37,571 bases of DNA from an uncultured Collinsella sp. (lineage in GTDB: Bacteria; Actinomycetota; Coriobacteriia; Coriobacteriales; Coriobacteriaceae): the NCBI GenBank assembly GCA_900553475.1, contig USEF01000001.1, forward strand, positions 1-37,571, given 5' to 3'. The translations under genes were made by a program, and so were the position numbers. Every line of letters begins with the position of its first letter. Position 1 is the stretch's first letter. Of the stretch, positions 24,926-35,036 are shown one piece after another. The notes beneath the pieces are model-generated. The model was given only the letters and a program-made list of their open reading frames with translations. It searched no databases and was not told the origin of the DNA.

Positions 24926-24992
24926 AGTTGCGGTGAAATACGGATTGTTTAAGCCTGTTAGGCCGCCAAACAGTCCCTATTTCACCGTAACT
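24926..24992. repeat. 67-bp palindromic REP/MITE-like element, copy 2
   Basis: AGTTGCGGTGAAATACGGATTGTTT - 17 nt - AAACAGTCCCTATTTCACCGTAACT. Same length as copy 1, with three substitutions in the arms. Confidence 0.88.
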
Positions 24993-25053
24993 ACTTTTTG
25001 GGATCCATTTGTGCGGGGGAGTTGTGGAGTTGTGCAGGCAGACGAGGTTTTTC

Positions 25054-25082
25054 TGGAAATACGCTCCCGATGCGCGTATAGT
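25054..25082 (+). promoter_or_regulatory. Putative promoter for the rplE-initiated operon
   Basis: TGGAAA - 17 bp - TATAGT, about 135 nt upstream of rplE. Confidence 0.5.
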
Positions 25083-25219
25083 ACCGATTGTTTTGTCGGC
25101 TCCTGCTGCGTCGAGTCCAAACCGCAAAATGCCATGAGCGGCGCGGATGCAGCCAGGAGGCACGAGGACAACCCATCGTGGCCACGCCCCGTGCTTAAAA
25201 CCCCAAGAAGGAGTGAACA

Positions 25220-25777
25220 ATGGCAGAAGAGAAGTATGTGCCGCGTCTGAAGACCAAGTACAACAACGAGGTCAAGCAGCAGCTTCAGGACAAGTTCCAG
25301 TACGAGAACGTCATGATGATCCCCAAGTTTGAGAAGATCGTCGTGAACATGGGTGTCGGCGAGGCCGCTACCGATTCCAAGGCCATCGACGGTGCCGTGC
25401 GCGACCTGCGCGCCATCACCGGCCCCCAGCCGATGATCACCCGTGCCCGCAAGTCCATCGCTACCTTCCGCCTGCGCGCTGGTATGCCGATCGGCTGCAA
25501 GGTTACCCTGCGTGGCGACCGTATGTGGGAGTTCTTCGATCGTCTGACCTCCGTCGCGATCCCCCGTATCCGCGACTTCCGCGGCATCTCCGCCAAGAGC
25601 TTCGACGGCCGTGGTAACTTCTCCATGGGCGTCACCGAGCAGCTCATCTTCCCCGAGATCGACTTCGATTCCGTCGATCACCAGCGCGGTATGGACATCA
25701 CTTTCGTGACCACCGCCAATACCGATGAGGAGGCCAAGGCCCTTCTGGACGCCTTCGGTTTCCCGTTCAAGAAATAG
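25220..25777 (+). CDS. rplE: 50S ribosomal protein L5
   Basis: [55 protein letters not shown]. Confidence 0.98.
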   Translation: MAEEKYVPRLKTKYNNEVKQQLQDKFQYENVMMIPKFEKIVVNMGVGEAATDSKAIDGAVRDLRAITGPQPMITRARKSIATFRLRAGMPIGCKVTLRGDRMWEFFDRLTSVAIPRIRDFRGISAKSFDGRGNFSMGVTEQLIFPEIDFDSVDHQRGMDITFVTTANTDEEAKALLDAFGFPFKK

Positions 25778-25856
25778 GTTCACCTGCCCTATAAGCGCCG
25801 TTCCTACAAGGGGGCGGCGCTTGGGGCGAACAATACTCTATGTGAGGAGGATATAA

Positions 25857-26042
25857 GTGGCTAAGACATCGATGATCGTCAAGTGCAATCGCAAGCAGAA
25901 GTTCTCTACTCGTGAGTACACGCGCTGCCAGCGCTGCGGCCGTCCGCACTCTGTGTACCGCAAGTTCGGCCTGTGCCGTGTCTGCTTCCGCGAGCTTGCA
26001 CTCAAGGGCGAGCTTCCCGGCGTTAAGAAGGCCAGCTGGTAA
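25857..26042 (+). CDS. rpsN: 30S ribosomal protein S14, zinc-binding type Z
   Basis: 61 aa, RCQRCGRP...LCRVCFRE...[12 protein letters not shown] start. Confidence 0.97.
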   Translation: MAKTSMIVKCNRKQKFSTREYTRCQRCGRPHSVYRKFGLCRVCFRELALKGELPGVKKASW

Positions 26043-26161
26043 GTCACTACCAGCGTTTCAAGCATCAGTTTGGAACAGGGAAAACGCGCTAAAAAGGCTT
26101 TGCCGTTAAGGGCGGCGAAGAACCAAGAGCACGTGTTCATCAAGAACGAAGGAGAATCTGT

Positions 26162-26560
26162 ATGAACCTTACAGACCCGATCGCAGATATGCTTACGCGC
26201 ATCCGTAACGCTAACTCTGTGAACAAGGCCACGGTCTCCATGCCGAGCAGCAAGAAGCTCGTCGAGATCGCTCGTGTTCTGCACGAGGAGGGCTACATCG
26301 AGGGCTACGATGTCGAGGACACCGTTCCCCAGAAGACTCTGCACATCACGCTTAAGTATGGTCCCAAGAAGGCTAAGGTCATCAACGGCATCCGCCGCAT
26401 TTCCAAGCCGGGCCTGCGTAAGTACACCGGCGTTGCCGACATGCCCCGCGTCCGCGGTGGCCTTGGTACCGCCATTATTTCCACCAGCCATGGCGTCATG
26501 ACCGACCGCGATGCTCGCAAGCACAACGTCGGCGGCGAGATCATCGCTTACGTCTGGTAA
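26162..26560 (+). CDS. rpsH: 30S ribosomal protein S8
   Basis: [32 protein letters not shown]. Confidence 0.98.
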   Translation: MNLTDPIADMLTRIRNANSVNKATVSMPSSKKLVEIARVLHEEGYIEGYDVEDTVPQKTLHITLKYGPKKAKVINGIRRISKPGLRKYTGVADMPRVRGGLGTAIISTSHGVMTDRDARKHNVGGEIIAYVW

Positions 26561-26593
26561 TTCGCTCGGTAGGTAGAAGGAAAGGAGATCACC

Positions 26594-27130
26594 GTGTCTC
26601 GTATCGGTAATAAGCCTGTCCAGATTCCCGCCGGAGTCGAAGTGGCAGTCAACGGCAACAACGTTGTCGTCAAGGGCCCCAAGGGCCAGCTCGAGCTCGA
26701 TGTCTTTGAGAAGCTCGCTATCAACGTCGAGGACAACGTCCTCACCGTTTCCCGTCCCGACGACGAGCGTGAGACCCGTGCCCGCCACGGCCTCACCCGC
26801 GCCCTCATCCACAACATGGTTGTTGGCGTTTCCGAGGGCTTCGAGAAGAAGCTTGAGCTCGCCGGCGTCGGTTACCGCGTGCAGCAGAAGGGCAAGAACC
26901 TCGAGTTCTCCCTGGGCTTCTCGCACCCCGTGATCGTCGAGGCTCCTGAGGGCATCACCTTCGAGGTTCCCGACAACACCCACGTGAACGTCAAGGGTAT
27001 CAACAAGCAGCAGGTCGGTCAGATCGCCGCTGAGATCCGCGGCCATCGTCCTCCCGAGCCTTACAAGGGCAAGGGTATCCACTACGTTGGCGAGCACATC
27101 CGCCGCAAGCTGGGTAAGGCCGCCAAGTAG
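26594..27130 (+). CDS. rplF: 50S ribosomal protein L6
   Basis: [31 protein letters not shown]. Confidence 0.98.
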   Translation: MSRIGNKPVQIPAGVEVAVNGNNVVVKGPKGQLELDVFEKLAINVEDNVLTVSRPDDERETRARHGLTRALIHNMVVGVSEGFEKKLELAGVGYRVQQKGKNLEFSLGFSHPVIVEAPEGITFEVPDNTHVNVKGINKQQVGQIAAEIRGHRPPEPYKGKGIHYVGEHIRRKLGKAAK

Positions 27131-27205
27131 TCGTAACCGACTCACTCGCATAAGACCAGCACCCCGTCAGGTGCTGGCAAGATCAACCTTTTTAGGAGTT
27201 TACGT

Positions 27206-27574
27206 ATGAACAAGCATAAGGCGAAGCTGGAAGGCCTCAAGCGTCGTCAGCGTCGTGTTCGCGGCAAGGTCTCGGGTACCTCCGAGCGTCCGCGTCTTCG
27301 CGTGACCCGTACTAACGCCAACATCTATGCCCAGATCATCGACGACAGCAAGGGCTCCAGCCTGACGCTCGTCTCTGCCTCGACCCTCGAGGCCGAGTTC
27401 AAGGGCACCCACACCTCGAACAAGGAGGCTGCGGAGAAGGTCGGTCAGCTCGTTGGCAAGCGCGCCATCGAGGCCGGCATCACCAAGGTCGCCTTCGATC
27501 GCGGTGGCCGTATCTACCATGGCCGCGTCAAGGCCCTCGCCGACGGTGCTCGTGCCGCCGGTCTCGAGTTCTAG
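27206..27574 (+). CDS. rplR: 50S ribosomal protein L18
   Basis: [40 protein letters not shown]. Confidence 0.98.
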   Translation: MNKHKAKLEGLKRRQRRVRGKVSGTSERPRLRVTRTNANIYAQIIDDSKGSSLTLVSASTLEAEFKGTHTSNKEAAEKVGQLVGKRAIEAGITKVAFDRGGRIYHGRVKALADGARAAGLEF

Positions 27575-27588
27575 GAGGTATGTAGCAC

Positions 27589-28113
27589 ATGGCTCGTAAT
27601 CAGAAGCAGCAGCGCGAGGCCTCCGAGTTCGAGGAGCGCGTCGTTTACATCAACCGCGTGTCGAAGACCGTCAAGGGTGGTCGTCGCATGAGCCTCGTCG
27701 CTCTCGTCGTCGTTGGCGACGGCAAGGGCAACGTCGGCGTTGGCATGGGCAAGTCCGCTGAGGTGCCCATGGCCATCTCCAAGGCATCTCTCGATGCCAA
27801 GAAGAACATGTTCCACGTGCCGGTGACCGAGCAGGGTACCATCCCGCACGAGGTTCTCGGCCACTTTGGTGCCGGCCGCATCATCATCAAGCCCGCTGTC
27901 GAGGGTACCGGCGTTATCGCCGGCGGCGCTGTGCGTCCCCTCTTTGAGCTTGCTGGCATCAAGAACGTCCTGTCCAAGTCCCTCGGTACCGACAACGGCC
28001 TCAACATCATCAAGGCTGCCGTCGAGGGCCTCAAGGAGCTCTCCAGCCCTGAGGACGTCGCGGCTCGCCGTGGCCTGACGGTCTCCGAGATGTTCGTCGG
28101 TAAGGAGAACTAA
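27589..28113 (+). CDS. rpsE: 30S ribosomal protein S5
   Basis: [28 protein letters not shown]. Confidence 0.98.
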   Translation: MARNQKQQREASEFEERVVYINRVSKTVKGGRRMSLVALVVVGDGKGNVGVGMGKSAEVPMAISKASLDAKKNMFHVPVTEQGTIPHEVLGHFGAGRIIIKPAVEGTGVIAGGAVRPLFELAGIKNVLSKSLGTDNGLNIIKAAVEGLKELSSPEDVAARRGLTVSEMFVGKEN

Positions 28114-28115
28114 GC

Positions 28116-28298
28116 ATGGCTGACACCATCAAGATCAAGCAGGTCCGCAGCACCAACGGTTGCAAGCAGGACCAGGTCCGTACTGTCCGTGCCCTCGGTC
28201 TCCACAGGATCCGCGAGGTTCGCGAGATTGCTGACAACGAGTCCGTCCGCGGCATGATCTTCAAGGTCAAGCACCTTGTCGAGATTGTAGAGGAGTAG
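28116..28298 (+). CDS. rpmD: 50S ribosomal protein L30
   Basis: 60 aa, TVRALGL...VRGMIFKVKHLV. Canonical position. Confidence 0.96.
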   Translation: MADTIKIKQVRSTNGCKQDQVRTVRALGLHRIREVREIADNESVRGMIFKVKHLVEIVEE

Positions 28299-28301
28299 CA
28301 A

Positions 28302-28751
28302 ATGCAGCTTCACGATCTTACTCCCGCGCCCGGTTCCACCAAGAACCGCAAGCGCGTCGGCCGTGGCAATTCTTCGGGTCACGGCACCACTTCTGGCCGC
28401 GGCCAGAAGGGCCAGGGTTCCCGCTCTGGCGGCACCAAGGGTGCCGGCTTCGAGGGTGGCCAGACTCCGCTGGCTATGCGCCTGCCCAAGCTTCCGGGCT
28501 TCCGCAACCCCCGTCGTATCGAGTACACCGCTGTTAACGTTGAGCGTCTCGAGCGCAAGTTCGAGGACGGCGCTGTGATCGACGGTGCCGCTCTTAAGGC
28601 CGCTCGCATCACCAAGAGCGAGTTCGAGCCCGTCAAGGTGCTCGGCAATGGTGAGCTCACCAAGAAGTTCACGGTCAAGGTCGACAAGGTCAGCGCTTCT
28701 GCGCAGGCCAAGATCGAGGCCGCCGGCGGAAAGGTCGAGCTGCCGTGCTAA
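28302..28751 (+). CDS. rplO: 50S ribosomal protein L15
   Basis: [34 protein letters not shown]. Confidence 0.98.
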   Translation: MQLHDLTPAPGSTKNRKRVGRGNSSGHGTTSGRGQKGQGSRSGGTKGAGFEGGQTPLAMRLPKLPGFRNPRRIEYTAVNVERLERKFEDGAVIDGAALKAARITKSEFEPVKVLGNGELTKKFTVKVDKVSASAQAKIEAAGGKVELPC

Positions 28752-30031
28752 ATGGTCTTAAGAATGCTTTCCGCATCAAAGAATTGCGCGAAAAGATTCT
28801 TTTTACCATAGCTATGCTCGTCGTGTACCGCATTGGTGCGCACGTTCCTGTGCCCGGCATTCCCTTCCAGGGGATGCTGGGCCTTTTCTCGACCGATAAC
28901 AATTCGGTCGCCGCAGGTGCTATGGCCCTCCTGAATCTTTTCTCTGGCGGCGCGTTGAGCTATGTGTCGGTGTTTTCGCTGGGCATCATGCCTTACATCA
29001 CCAGCTCGATCATCCTCCAGATGCTCCAGGCCGTTGTGCCTTCCCTGCATGAGCTTGCCCGCGAGGGCGAGGTCGGTCAGACCAAGATTACGCAGTATTC
29101 GCGTTACCTCACCCTGGCTCTGGCAATCCTCAACTCCGTGGGTTACCTCTTCCTCTTTAAGAGCTTCGGCATCAGCTTTAATGGTGCCGGCGCTCCCGAG
29201 ATCATCTTCGACCTCATGATCGTCGGCACGCTCACCGCGGGCGCCATGCTGATCATGTGGATTGGTGAGCTCATCACCCAGCGCGGTATCGGCAATGGCA
29301 TGTCGCTGATCATCTTTGCGAACATCATGGCCGGTCTGCCGCAGGCTATCTTCTCCAGCACCGAGGGCAATGCCGGTGGCATCATCACCATGGTGATCAT
29401 CTGCGCCATCATCCTGCTGGTTATCCCGCTGATTGTTTTCCTTGAGCGCGGCCAGCGCCGCATCCCGGTCTCCTACGCTAAGCGCGTCGTGGGCCGTCGC
29501 ATGATGGGTGGCCAGACCACCTACCTGCCCATCAAGGTCAACACCGCGGGCGTCGTGCCGATCATCTTCGCTTCGGCGCTGCTGTACTTCCCGGCCCAGA
29601 TTGCCGTGTTCTTCCCCGGCATCGGCTGGATCCAGGCAGTTGCCTCCGCGCTTTCGACCGGTTGGCTCAACTGGGTGCTTAACGTTGTCCTCATCGTGTT
29701 CTTCGCGTACTTCTACACCTCCATGGTGTTCAACCCCGATGACACGGCCGACAACCTTAAGAAGCAGGGCGGCTTTATTCCGGGCGTCCGTCCGGGCAGG
29801 GCTACCGCGGCCTACATCAAGAACGCGCTCAACAAGATTACGCTTCCCAGCGCTGTCTTTTTGGCGCTCATCGCCATCGTGCCTTCGATCATCTTCTCTT
29901 TCACGGGTAACCATCTGATCCAGGCATTTGGCGGCACGTCCATCCTCATCATGGTCGGCGTCGTGCTCGACACGGTCGATAAGCTCGAAGGCCAGATCAA
30001 GATGTATGATTACGATGGATTCTTTAAATAG
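28745..30031 (+). CDS. secY: Preprotein translocase subunit SecY
   Basis: [47 protein letters not shown]. The GTG start overlaps the end of rplO. Confidence 0.98.
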   Translation: MLNGLKNAFRIKELREKILFTIAMLVVYRIGAHVPVPGIPFQGMLGLFSTDNNSVAAGAMALLNLFSGGALSYVSVFSLGIMPYITSSIILQMLQAVVPSLHELAREGEVGQTKITQYSRYLTLALAILNSVGYLFLFKSFGISFNGAGAPEIIFDLMIVGTLTAGAMLIMWIGELITQRGIGNGMSLIIFANIMAGLPQAIFSSTEGNAGGIITMVIICAIILLVIPLIVFLERGQRRIPVSYAKRVVGRRMMGGQTTYLPIKVNTAGVVPIIFASALLYFPAQIAVFFPGIGWIQAVASALSTGWLNWVLNVVLIVFFAYFYTSMVFNPDDTADNLKKQGGFIPGVRPGRATAAYIKNALNKITLPSAVFLALIAIVPSIIFSFTGNHLIQAFGGTSILIMVGVVLDTVDKLEGQIKMYDYDGFFK

Positions 30032-30049
30032 GCTAGAGGAGGATTGCTC

Positions 30050-30676
30050 ATGAACCTCGTATTGCTCGGAGCTCCGGGTGCCGGTAAGGGCACCGTCGCA
30101 CAGGAGCTCGTCGCCGAGTTCGGCGTCGCTCACATTTCCACGGGCGACCTGCTGCGTGCTGCCGTCAAGGGTGGCACCGAGCTTGGTATTCAGGCTAAGA
30201 AGTACATGGACGCCGGCGAGCTCGTTCCCGACCAGCTCGTGATCGACCTTGTCAAGGAGCGCCTTGCCGCCGATGACGCCCAGCAGGGCTTCATTCTCGA
30301 TGGCTTCCCGCGCAACACCGCTCAGGCTGTGACGCTCGATTCCGAGCTCTCCGCCATGGGTCGCGAGATCGACTGCGCCCTTCTGGTCGACGTGGCCCCC
30401 GAGGTCATCATCGACCGTCTGTCTTCGCGTCGCACCTGCCGCGCCTGCGGTTACACCGGCACCGCTGCCGATGCTACCTGCCCCAAGTGTGGTGGCGAGA
30501 TGTATCAGCGCGACGACGACAAGCCCGAGACCATTAAGAACCGTCTCGACGTCTACGAGAAGTCCACGAGCCCGCTCGTCGACTACTATCGTGGCCAGGG
30601 TCTGCTCAAGTCGGTCAACGGTGACCAGCCTCGCGAGACCGTGTACGGGGATGTCAAAGAGGCTCTCGGTCTATGA
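30050..30676 (+). CDS. adk: Adenylate kinase (Zn-lid type)
   Basis: GAPGAGKGT, HISTGDLLR, GFILDGFPR, and CRAC...CPKC in the lid. Confidence 0.97.
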   Translation: MNLVLLGAPGAGKGTVAQELVAEFGVAHISTGDLLRAAVKGGTELGIQAKKYMDAGELVPDQLVIDLVKERLAADDAQQGFILDGFPRNTAQAVTLDSELSAMGREIDCALLVDVAPEVIIDRLSSRRTCRACGYTGTAADATCPKCGGEMYQRDDDKPETIKNRLDVYEKSTSPLVDYYRGQGLLKSVNGDQPRETVYGDVKEALGL

Positions 30677-31461
30677 TCAAGATTAAGTCTGCAACGCAAA
30701 TCGAGCAGATGAAGAAGGCAGGAGCGCTATCTAAGATGGCGCTCCGCCACGTTGGAGCCATGGTGCGTCCCGGCGTTTCGACTTTTGAGCTCGATCAGCT
30801 CGCGGAGCAGATTATCCGCATGCATGGCGGCACCCCGGCCTTTAAGGGTTACGGCGGGTTCCCGGGGACCATTTGCGCATCGATCAACGATGCCGTGGTA
30901 CACGGTATTCCCAACCCCGACATGATCCTGCGCGATGGCGATATCATCTCCATCGATACGGGAGCCGTTGTCGACGGTTGGGTCGGCGATAACGCTTGGA
31001 CGTTTTTCGTCGGCACGCCCACGCCCGAAGCCAAGGCTTTGTGCGAGATTACGCGCGATTGCCTTAAGGCTGCCATCGAGCAGGCTGTTCCCGGTAACCA
31101 TATCGGGGACGTCGGTTATGCCGTTCAGTCCCTCGCTGAGTCTCACGGTTACGGCGTGCTTCGCGATTATGTGGGCCATGGCATCGGCCGCGTGATGCAC
31201 GAGGACCCCAACGTTCCTAACTATGGAAAGAAGGGGAGGGGCGTTCGCCTCCAGGCCGGCATGGTCATTGCCATCGAGCCGATGGTTACGATGGGTTCCA
31301 ACCATGTGAGCACGGGCTCCGACGGTTGGATTGTTACGACCAACGACCACCTGCCCGCCGCGCACTACGAGAACACCGTCGCCATTACCAATGACGGTCC
31401 GGTGATTCTCACCACGGATGCCCAAGGTGCTTGGTGTTCGCTCCAAGGCGGAGAAATGTAA
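30673..31461 (+). CDS. map: Methionine aminopeptidase type I
   Basis: SINDAVVHGIP, GDIISID, GHGIG..MHEDP, AIEPM, AHYENT. Confidence 0.97.
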   Translation: MIKIKSATQIEQMKKAGALSKMALRHVGAMVRPGVSTFELDQLAEQIIRMHGGTPAFKGYGGFPGTICASINDAVVHGIPNPDMILRDGDIISIDTGAVVDGWVGDNAWTFFVGTPTPEAKALCEITRDCLKAAIEQAVPGNHIGDVGYAVQSLAESHGYGVLRDYVGHGIGRVMHEDPNVPNYGKKGRGVRLQAGMVIAIEPMVTMGSNHVSTGSDGWIVTTNDHLPAAHYENTVAITNDGPVILTTDAQGAWCSLQGGEM

Positions 31462-31497
31462 CAAGTTCCACTTAGTTGTGGAGCCATTACGAAGTTA

Positions 31498-31526
31498 TTA
31501 CGATGCGTGCATACGTGTTGTAGAAT
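31498..31526 (+). promoter_or_regulatory. Putative internal promoter for infA-rpmJ-alpha operon
   Basis: TTACGA - 17 bp - TAGAAT in the map/infA spacer. Confidence 0.5.
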
Positions 31527-31565
31527 ACTCAATCGCTGTCGTTTTCTAGAGAAAGATGATTGCTT

Positions 31566-31784
31566 GTGAAGAAGGAAGACGCAATTGAGCTCGAGGGTAC
31601 GGTAAAGGAACCGTTGCCCAACGCCATGTTTAAGGTCGAGCTCGAGAACGGTCATTCGGTTCTGTGCAACATTTCTGGCAAGATCCGAATGAATTACATC
31701 CGTATTCTCCCCGGTGACAGGGTTGTCGTGGAGCTTTCCCCGTACGACCTGACCCGCGGCCGCATCACCTATCGCTACAAATAG
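31566..31784 (+). CDS. infA: Translation initiation factor IF-1
   Basis: [45 protein letters not shown] start inferred. Confidence 0.97.
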   Translation: MKKEDAIELEGTVKEPLPNAMFKVELENGHSVLCNISGKIRMNYIRILPGDRVVVELSPYDLTRGRITYRYK

Positions 31785-31934
31785 CGGCACGCATACACGC
31801 ACTCCATTTCCGACTGCAGGCTTAGCTCAACCTACGGTCGGATTGTGCGTGAAGACCAGCCATAGTTTTAAACGCCTGCGGCTGGGCGAGTAGATAGTAG
31901 GGAAGTAGTTTGAGCGCTACCGAAAGGAAGAACG

Positions 31935-32048
31935 ATGAAGGTACGTCCTTCGGTCAAGAAGATGTGCGATAAGTGCAAAATCATTAGGCGCCATGGCAAG
32001 GTCCTCGTCATTTGCGAGAACCCCCGTCATAAGCAGCGTCAGGGTTAA
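31935..32048 (+). CDS. rpmJ: 50S ribosomal protein L36 (zinc-ribbon type)
   Basis: Not in the ORF track; translated by hand: [37 protein letters not shown]. Confidence 0.98.
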   Translation: MKVRPSVKKMCDKCKIIRRHGKVLVICENPRHKQRQG

Positions 32049-32062
32049 GAGAGGAGACTACG

Positions 32063-32437
32063 TTGGCCCGTATTAATGGTGTCGACCTCCCGCGTGAGAA
32101 GCGCGTTGAGATCGGTCTGACCTACATTTACGGCATCGGCCGCACCACTGCGACGAAGATTTGCGTCGAGTGCAACGTTAACGTGGATACGCGCGTTAAG
32201 GACCTCACCGAGGATGAGGTTAACGCCATCCGCGATTATATCGACAAGAACCAGATCATGGTTGAGGGCGACCTCCGCCGTGAGCGCAACCAGAACGTCA
32301 AGCGCCTTATGGACATCGGCTGCAACCGCGGCCTTCGTCACCGCAAGGGCCTCCCGGTCCGCGGCCAGCGCACCCACACTAACGCTCGTACCCGCAAGGG
32401 CCCGAAGCGTCAGATCGGTGCTAAGAAGAAGAAATAA
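32063..32437 (+). CDS. rpsM: 30S ribosomal protein S13
   Basis: [35 protein letters not shown] start after GAGGAG. Confidence 0.98.
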   Translation: MARINGVDLPREKRVEIGLTYIYGIGRTTATKICVECNVNVDTRVKDLTEDEVNAIRDYIDKNQIMVEGDLRRERNQNVKRLMDIGCNRGLRHRKGLPVRGQRTHTNARTRKGPKRQIGAKKKK

Positions 32438-32451
32438 GGAGCGCTAGATAG

Positions 32452-32856
32452 ATGGCTACTGCTAAGAAGAACGTTCGCGCTGCCCGTCTGAAGCGCGCGG
32501 ACCGTAAGAACATTTCCGTGGGCCAGGCTCACATTCGTTCTACGTTCAACAACACGATCGTTTCGATCACCGATCCCCAGGGCAACGTCATTTCCTGGAA
32601 GTCGGCTGGCCAGGTGGGCTTCAAGGGCTCCCGTAAGTCCACGCCGTTCGCTGCCCAGATGGCTGCCGAGGCTGCTGCCAAGCAGGCCATGGAGCACGGT
32701 ATGAAGAAGGTTTCCGTCTTCGTCAAGGGCCCCGGCTCCGGTCGTGAGACCGCCATCCGCTCCCTCCAGGCTGCTGGCCTCGAGGTCTCGAGCATCCAGG
32801 ACAAGACCCCCATTCCGCACAACGGCTGCCGCCCCAAGAAGCGTCGCCGCGTGTAA
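32452..32856 (+). CDS. rpsK: 30S ribosomal protein S11
   Basis: [35 protein letters not shown]. Confidence 0.98.
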   Translation: MATAKKNVRAARLKRADRKNISVGQAHIRSTFNNTIVSITDPQGNVISWKSAGQVGFKGSRKSTPFAAQMAAEAAAKQAMEHGMKKVSVFVKGPGSGRETAIRSLQAAGLEVSSIQDKTPIPHNGCRPKKRRRV

Positions 32857-32875
32857 CTGAAAGGATCGTATCAAT

Positions 32876-33472
32876 ATGGCAATCGACAGGACTCCTGTTC
32901 TTAAGCGCTGCCGTCAGCTCGGGATCGATCCCGCTGAGCTCGGTTACAGCAGCAAGAAGGAATCTATCCGTCAGCCCAAGCGCCGTCGCAAGGAATCTGA
33001 GTACGGCATGCAGCTGCGCGAGAAGCAGAAGGTCAAGTTCATCTATGGCGTTCTGGAGAAGCAGTTCCACGGCTACTTCAACAAGGCCCGTAAGATGAAC
33101 GGCGTCACCGGTGAGAACCTCATGATCATCCTTGAGTCTCGCCTCGACAACGTTGTCTTCCGTCTTGGCTTCGCCCGCACCCGCAAAGAGGCTCGTCAGT
33201 CCGTCCGTCACGGTCACTTCACCGTGAACGGCAAGCGCGTGGACATCCCGTCCTACCGCGTCAAGGCCGGCGACGTCGTCGCTGTCGGCGAGAAGTTCCG
33301 TGACCTCCTCCCCATCAAGGAGGCCCTGATTTCCTCCGAGCGCTTTGAGGTCCCTGGCTGGCTCGAGGTCGATATCGAGAAGCTGTCTGGTAACGTGCTC
33401 GCTCTGCCGACGCGTGAGCAGATCAGCGGTGATATCAACGAGCAGCTCATCGTCGAGCTCTACTCTAAGTAG
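32876..33472 (+). CDS. rpsD: 30S ribosomal protein S4
   Basis: SEYGMQLREKQK, LESRLDNVVFRLG, VDIPSY, LIVELYSK. Confidence 0.98.
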   Translation: MAIDRTPVLKRCRQLGIDPAELGYSSKKESIRQPKRRRKESEYGMQLREKQKVKFIYGVLEKQFHGYFNKARKMNGVTGENLMIILESRLDNVVFRLGFARTRKEARQSVRHGHFTVNGKRVDIPSYRVKAGDVVAVGEKFRDLLPIKEALISSERFEVPGWLEVDIEKLSGNVLALPTREQISGDINEQLIVELYSK

Positions 33473-33504
33473 TCCATCCGGGCTGCTGAGGCTGGAGGTA
33501 ATAC

Positions 33505-34446
33505 ATGTCAGAATTCATTAGGCCTCAGGTTCAGGTCGAAGAGATCAACGAGACGTCTGCTCGTGTCTCCGTCGAGCCGCTCGAGCGTGGCTACGGCGAT
33601 ACGCTGGGTAACTCCCTTCGTCGCGTTCTTTTGTCCTCGCTCGAGGGTGCCGCCGTCGAGGCTATTCAGATCGATGGTGCGCAGCACGAGTTCATGACCA
33701 TCCCTAACATGGTCGAGGATGTCACCGACATCGTCCTGAATGTCAAGGGTCTTGTCTTCAGGGCTCTCGGCACGACCGACGAGGCGACCGCCACCATTTC
33801 GGTTGACGGCCCCTGCGAGGTCACCGGTGCGGACTTCTTTATTCCGTCCGAGTTTGAGTTGGTCAACCCCGAGCAGCACATCGCTACGCTCACCGAGGGT
33901 GGCCATCTCACCATGAGCATGCGCATCGGCTATGGCCGCGGCTATGTTTCTGGCGAGGCCAACAAGCGCGACAACGATCCCATCGGTGTGATCCACGTCG
34001 ACTCGCTGTACTCGCCGGTTTCCCGTTGCGCCAAGCTCGTTGAGGCTTGCCGTGTCGGTCAGCACACCGACTACGACCGCCTTGTCCTCGAGATCGAGAC
34101 CAACGGCTCCATCGCCCCGCGCGACGCCGTGGTCCAGGCTGCCAATATCATCAACCAGCATATGGCCGCCTTTATGAACCTTGCCGAGACCCCCGAGGTC
34201 GAGGAGGAGGCTTCGATCTTCGCTCCCGAGGTCACCAACGACAACGCCGAGCTGGACAAGCAGATCGAGGATCTGGATCTTTCCGTCCGTTCCTACAACT
34301 GCCTTAAGCGCGCCAGCATTCACTCGGTCCGTCAGCTCGTTGAGTTCTCGGAGAACGATCTGCTCAACATCCGTAACTTCGGTGTTAAGTCGATCGAGGA
34401 AGTGAAGGACAAGCTTGAGTCCATGGGCCTGAGCCTGAAGGCTTAA
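33505..34446 (+). CDS. rpoA: DNA-directed RNA polymerase subunit alpha
   Basis: EPLERGYGDTLGNSLRRVLLSS, LDLSVRSYNCLKRA, RNFGVKS. Confidence 0.98.
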   Translation: MSEFIRPQVQVEEINETSARVSVEPLERGYGDTLGNSLRRVLLSSLEGAAVEAIQIDGAQHEFMTIPNMVEDVTDIVLNVKGLVFRALGTTDEATATISVDGPCEVTGADFFIPSEFELVNPEQHIATLTEGGHLTMSMRIGYGRGYVSGEANKRDNDPIGVIHVDSLYSPVSRCAKLVEACRVGQHTDYDRLVLEIETNGSIAPRDAVVQAANIINQHMAAFMNLAETPEVEEEASIFAPEVTNDNAELDKQIEDLDLSVRSYNCLKRASIHSVRQLVEFSENDLLNIRNFGVKSIEEVKDKLESMGLSLKA

Positions 34447-34476
34447 TGCTTCGCATATTTGAGGAGAAACTAGACC

Positions 34477-34944
34477 ATGCGTCATAACGTTAAGAAGGGC
34501 CTGAAGCTCGGCACCGATGCGAGCCACACCAAGGCCATGAAGAAGAGCCTTGCTAAGGCCCTCTTCGAGAACGACCGCATCAAGACCACCGAGACCCGCG
34601 CTAAGGCGCTGCGTTCGGTCGTCGATCCGATCATCACCTGGGCCAAGAAGGGCGACCTGCACTCTCGTCGTCTGGCTATCGCCAAGCTCGGCGATAAGCA
34701 GCTCGTTGCCGAGATCTTCGACAAGGCTGCCCAGGGTATGTGGCAGGACCGCAACGGCGGTTACACCCGTATCATGAAGCTCGGTAACCGTAAGGGCGAC
34801 AATGCTCCCATCGTTATCATGGAGCTCGTCACCGAGCCTTGCACGCCTAAGGCCAAGAAGGCTGCTCCGGCCCCCAAGAAGGCCGCTGCTCCCAAGAAGG
34901 TCGAGGCTGCCGAGGAGGCTTCTGCTGAGGAGACCGCTGAGTAG
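34477..34944 (+). CDS. rplQ: 50S ribosomal protein L17 (with Lys/Ala/Glu-rich C-terminal tail)
   Basis: IKTTETRAK, RNGGYTRIMKLG.RKGDNAP. Confidence 0.97.
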   Translation: MRHNVKKGLKLGTDASHTKAMKKSLAKALFENDRIKTTETRAKALRSVVDPIITWAKKGDLHSRRLAIAKLGDKQLVAEIFDKAAQGMWQDRNGGYTRIMKLGNRKGDNAPIVIMELVTEPCTPKAKKAAPAPKKAAAPKKVEAAEEASAEETAE

Positions 34945-34970
34945 ACAATCCGTCTGCATAGGCTATATTC

Positions 34971-35001
34971 GAGGGGTACGTTCGCGTACCCCTCTTTTTT
35001 T
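34971..35001 (+). terminator. Intrinsic terminator of the alpha operon
   Basis: GAGGGGTACG-ttcg-CGTACCCCTC followed by a T7 run. Confidence 0.92.
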
Positions 35002-35036
35002 GTCGAAATGCCATTGCCTGTTTGTTGGGAGCGCCC

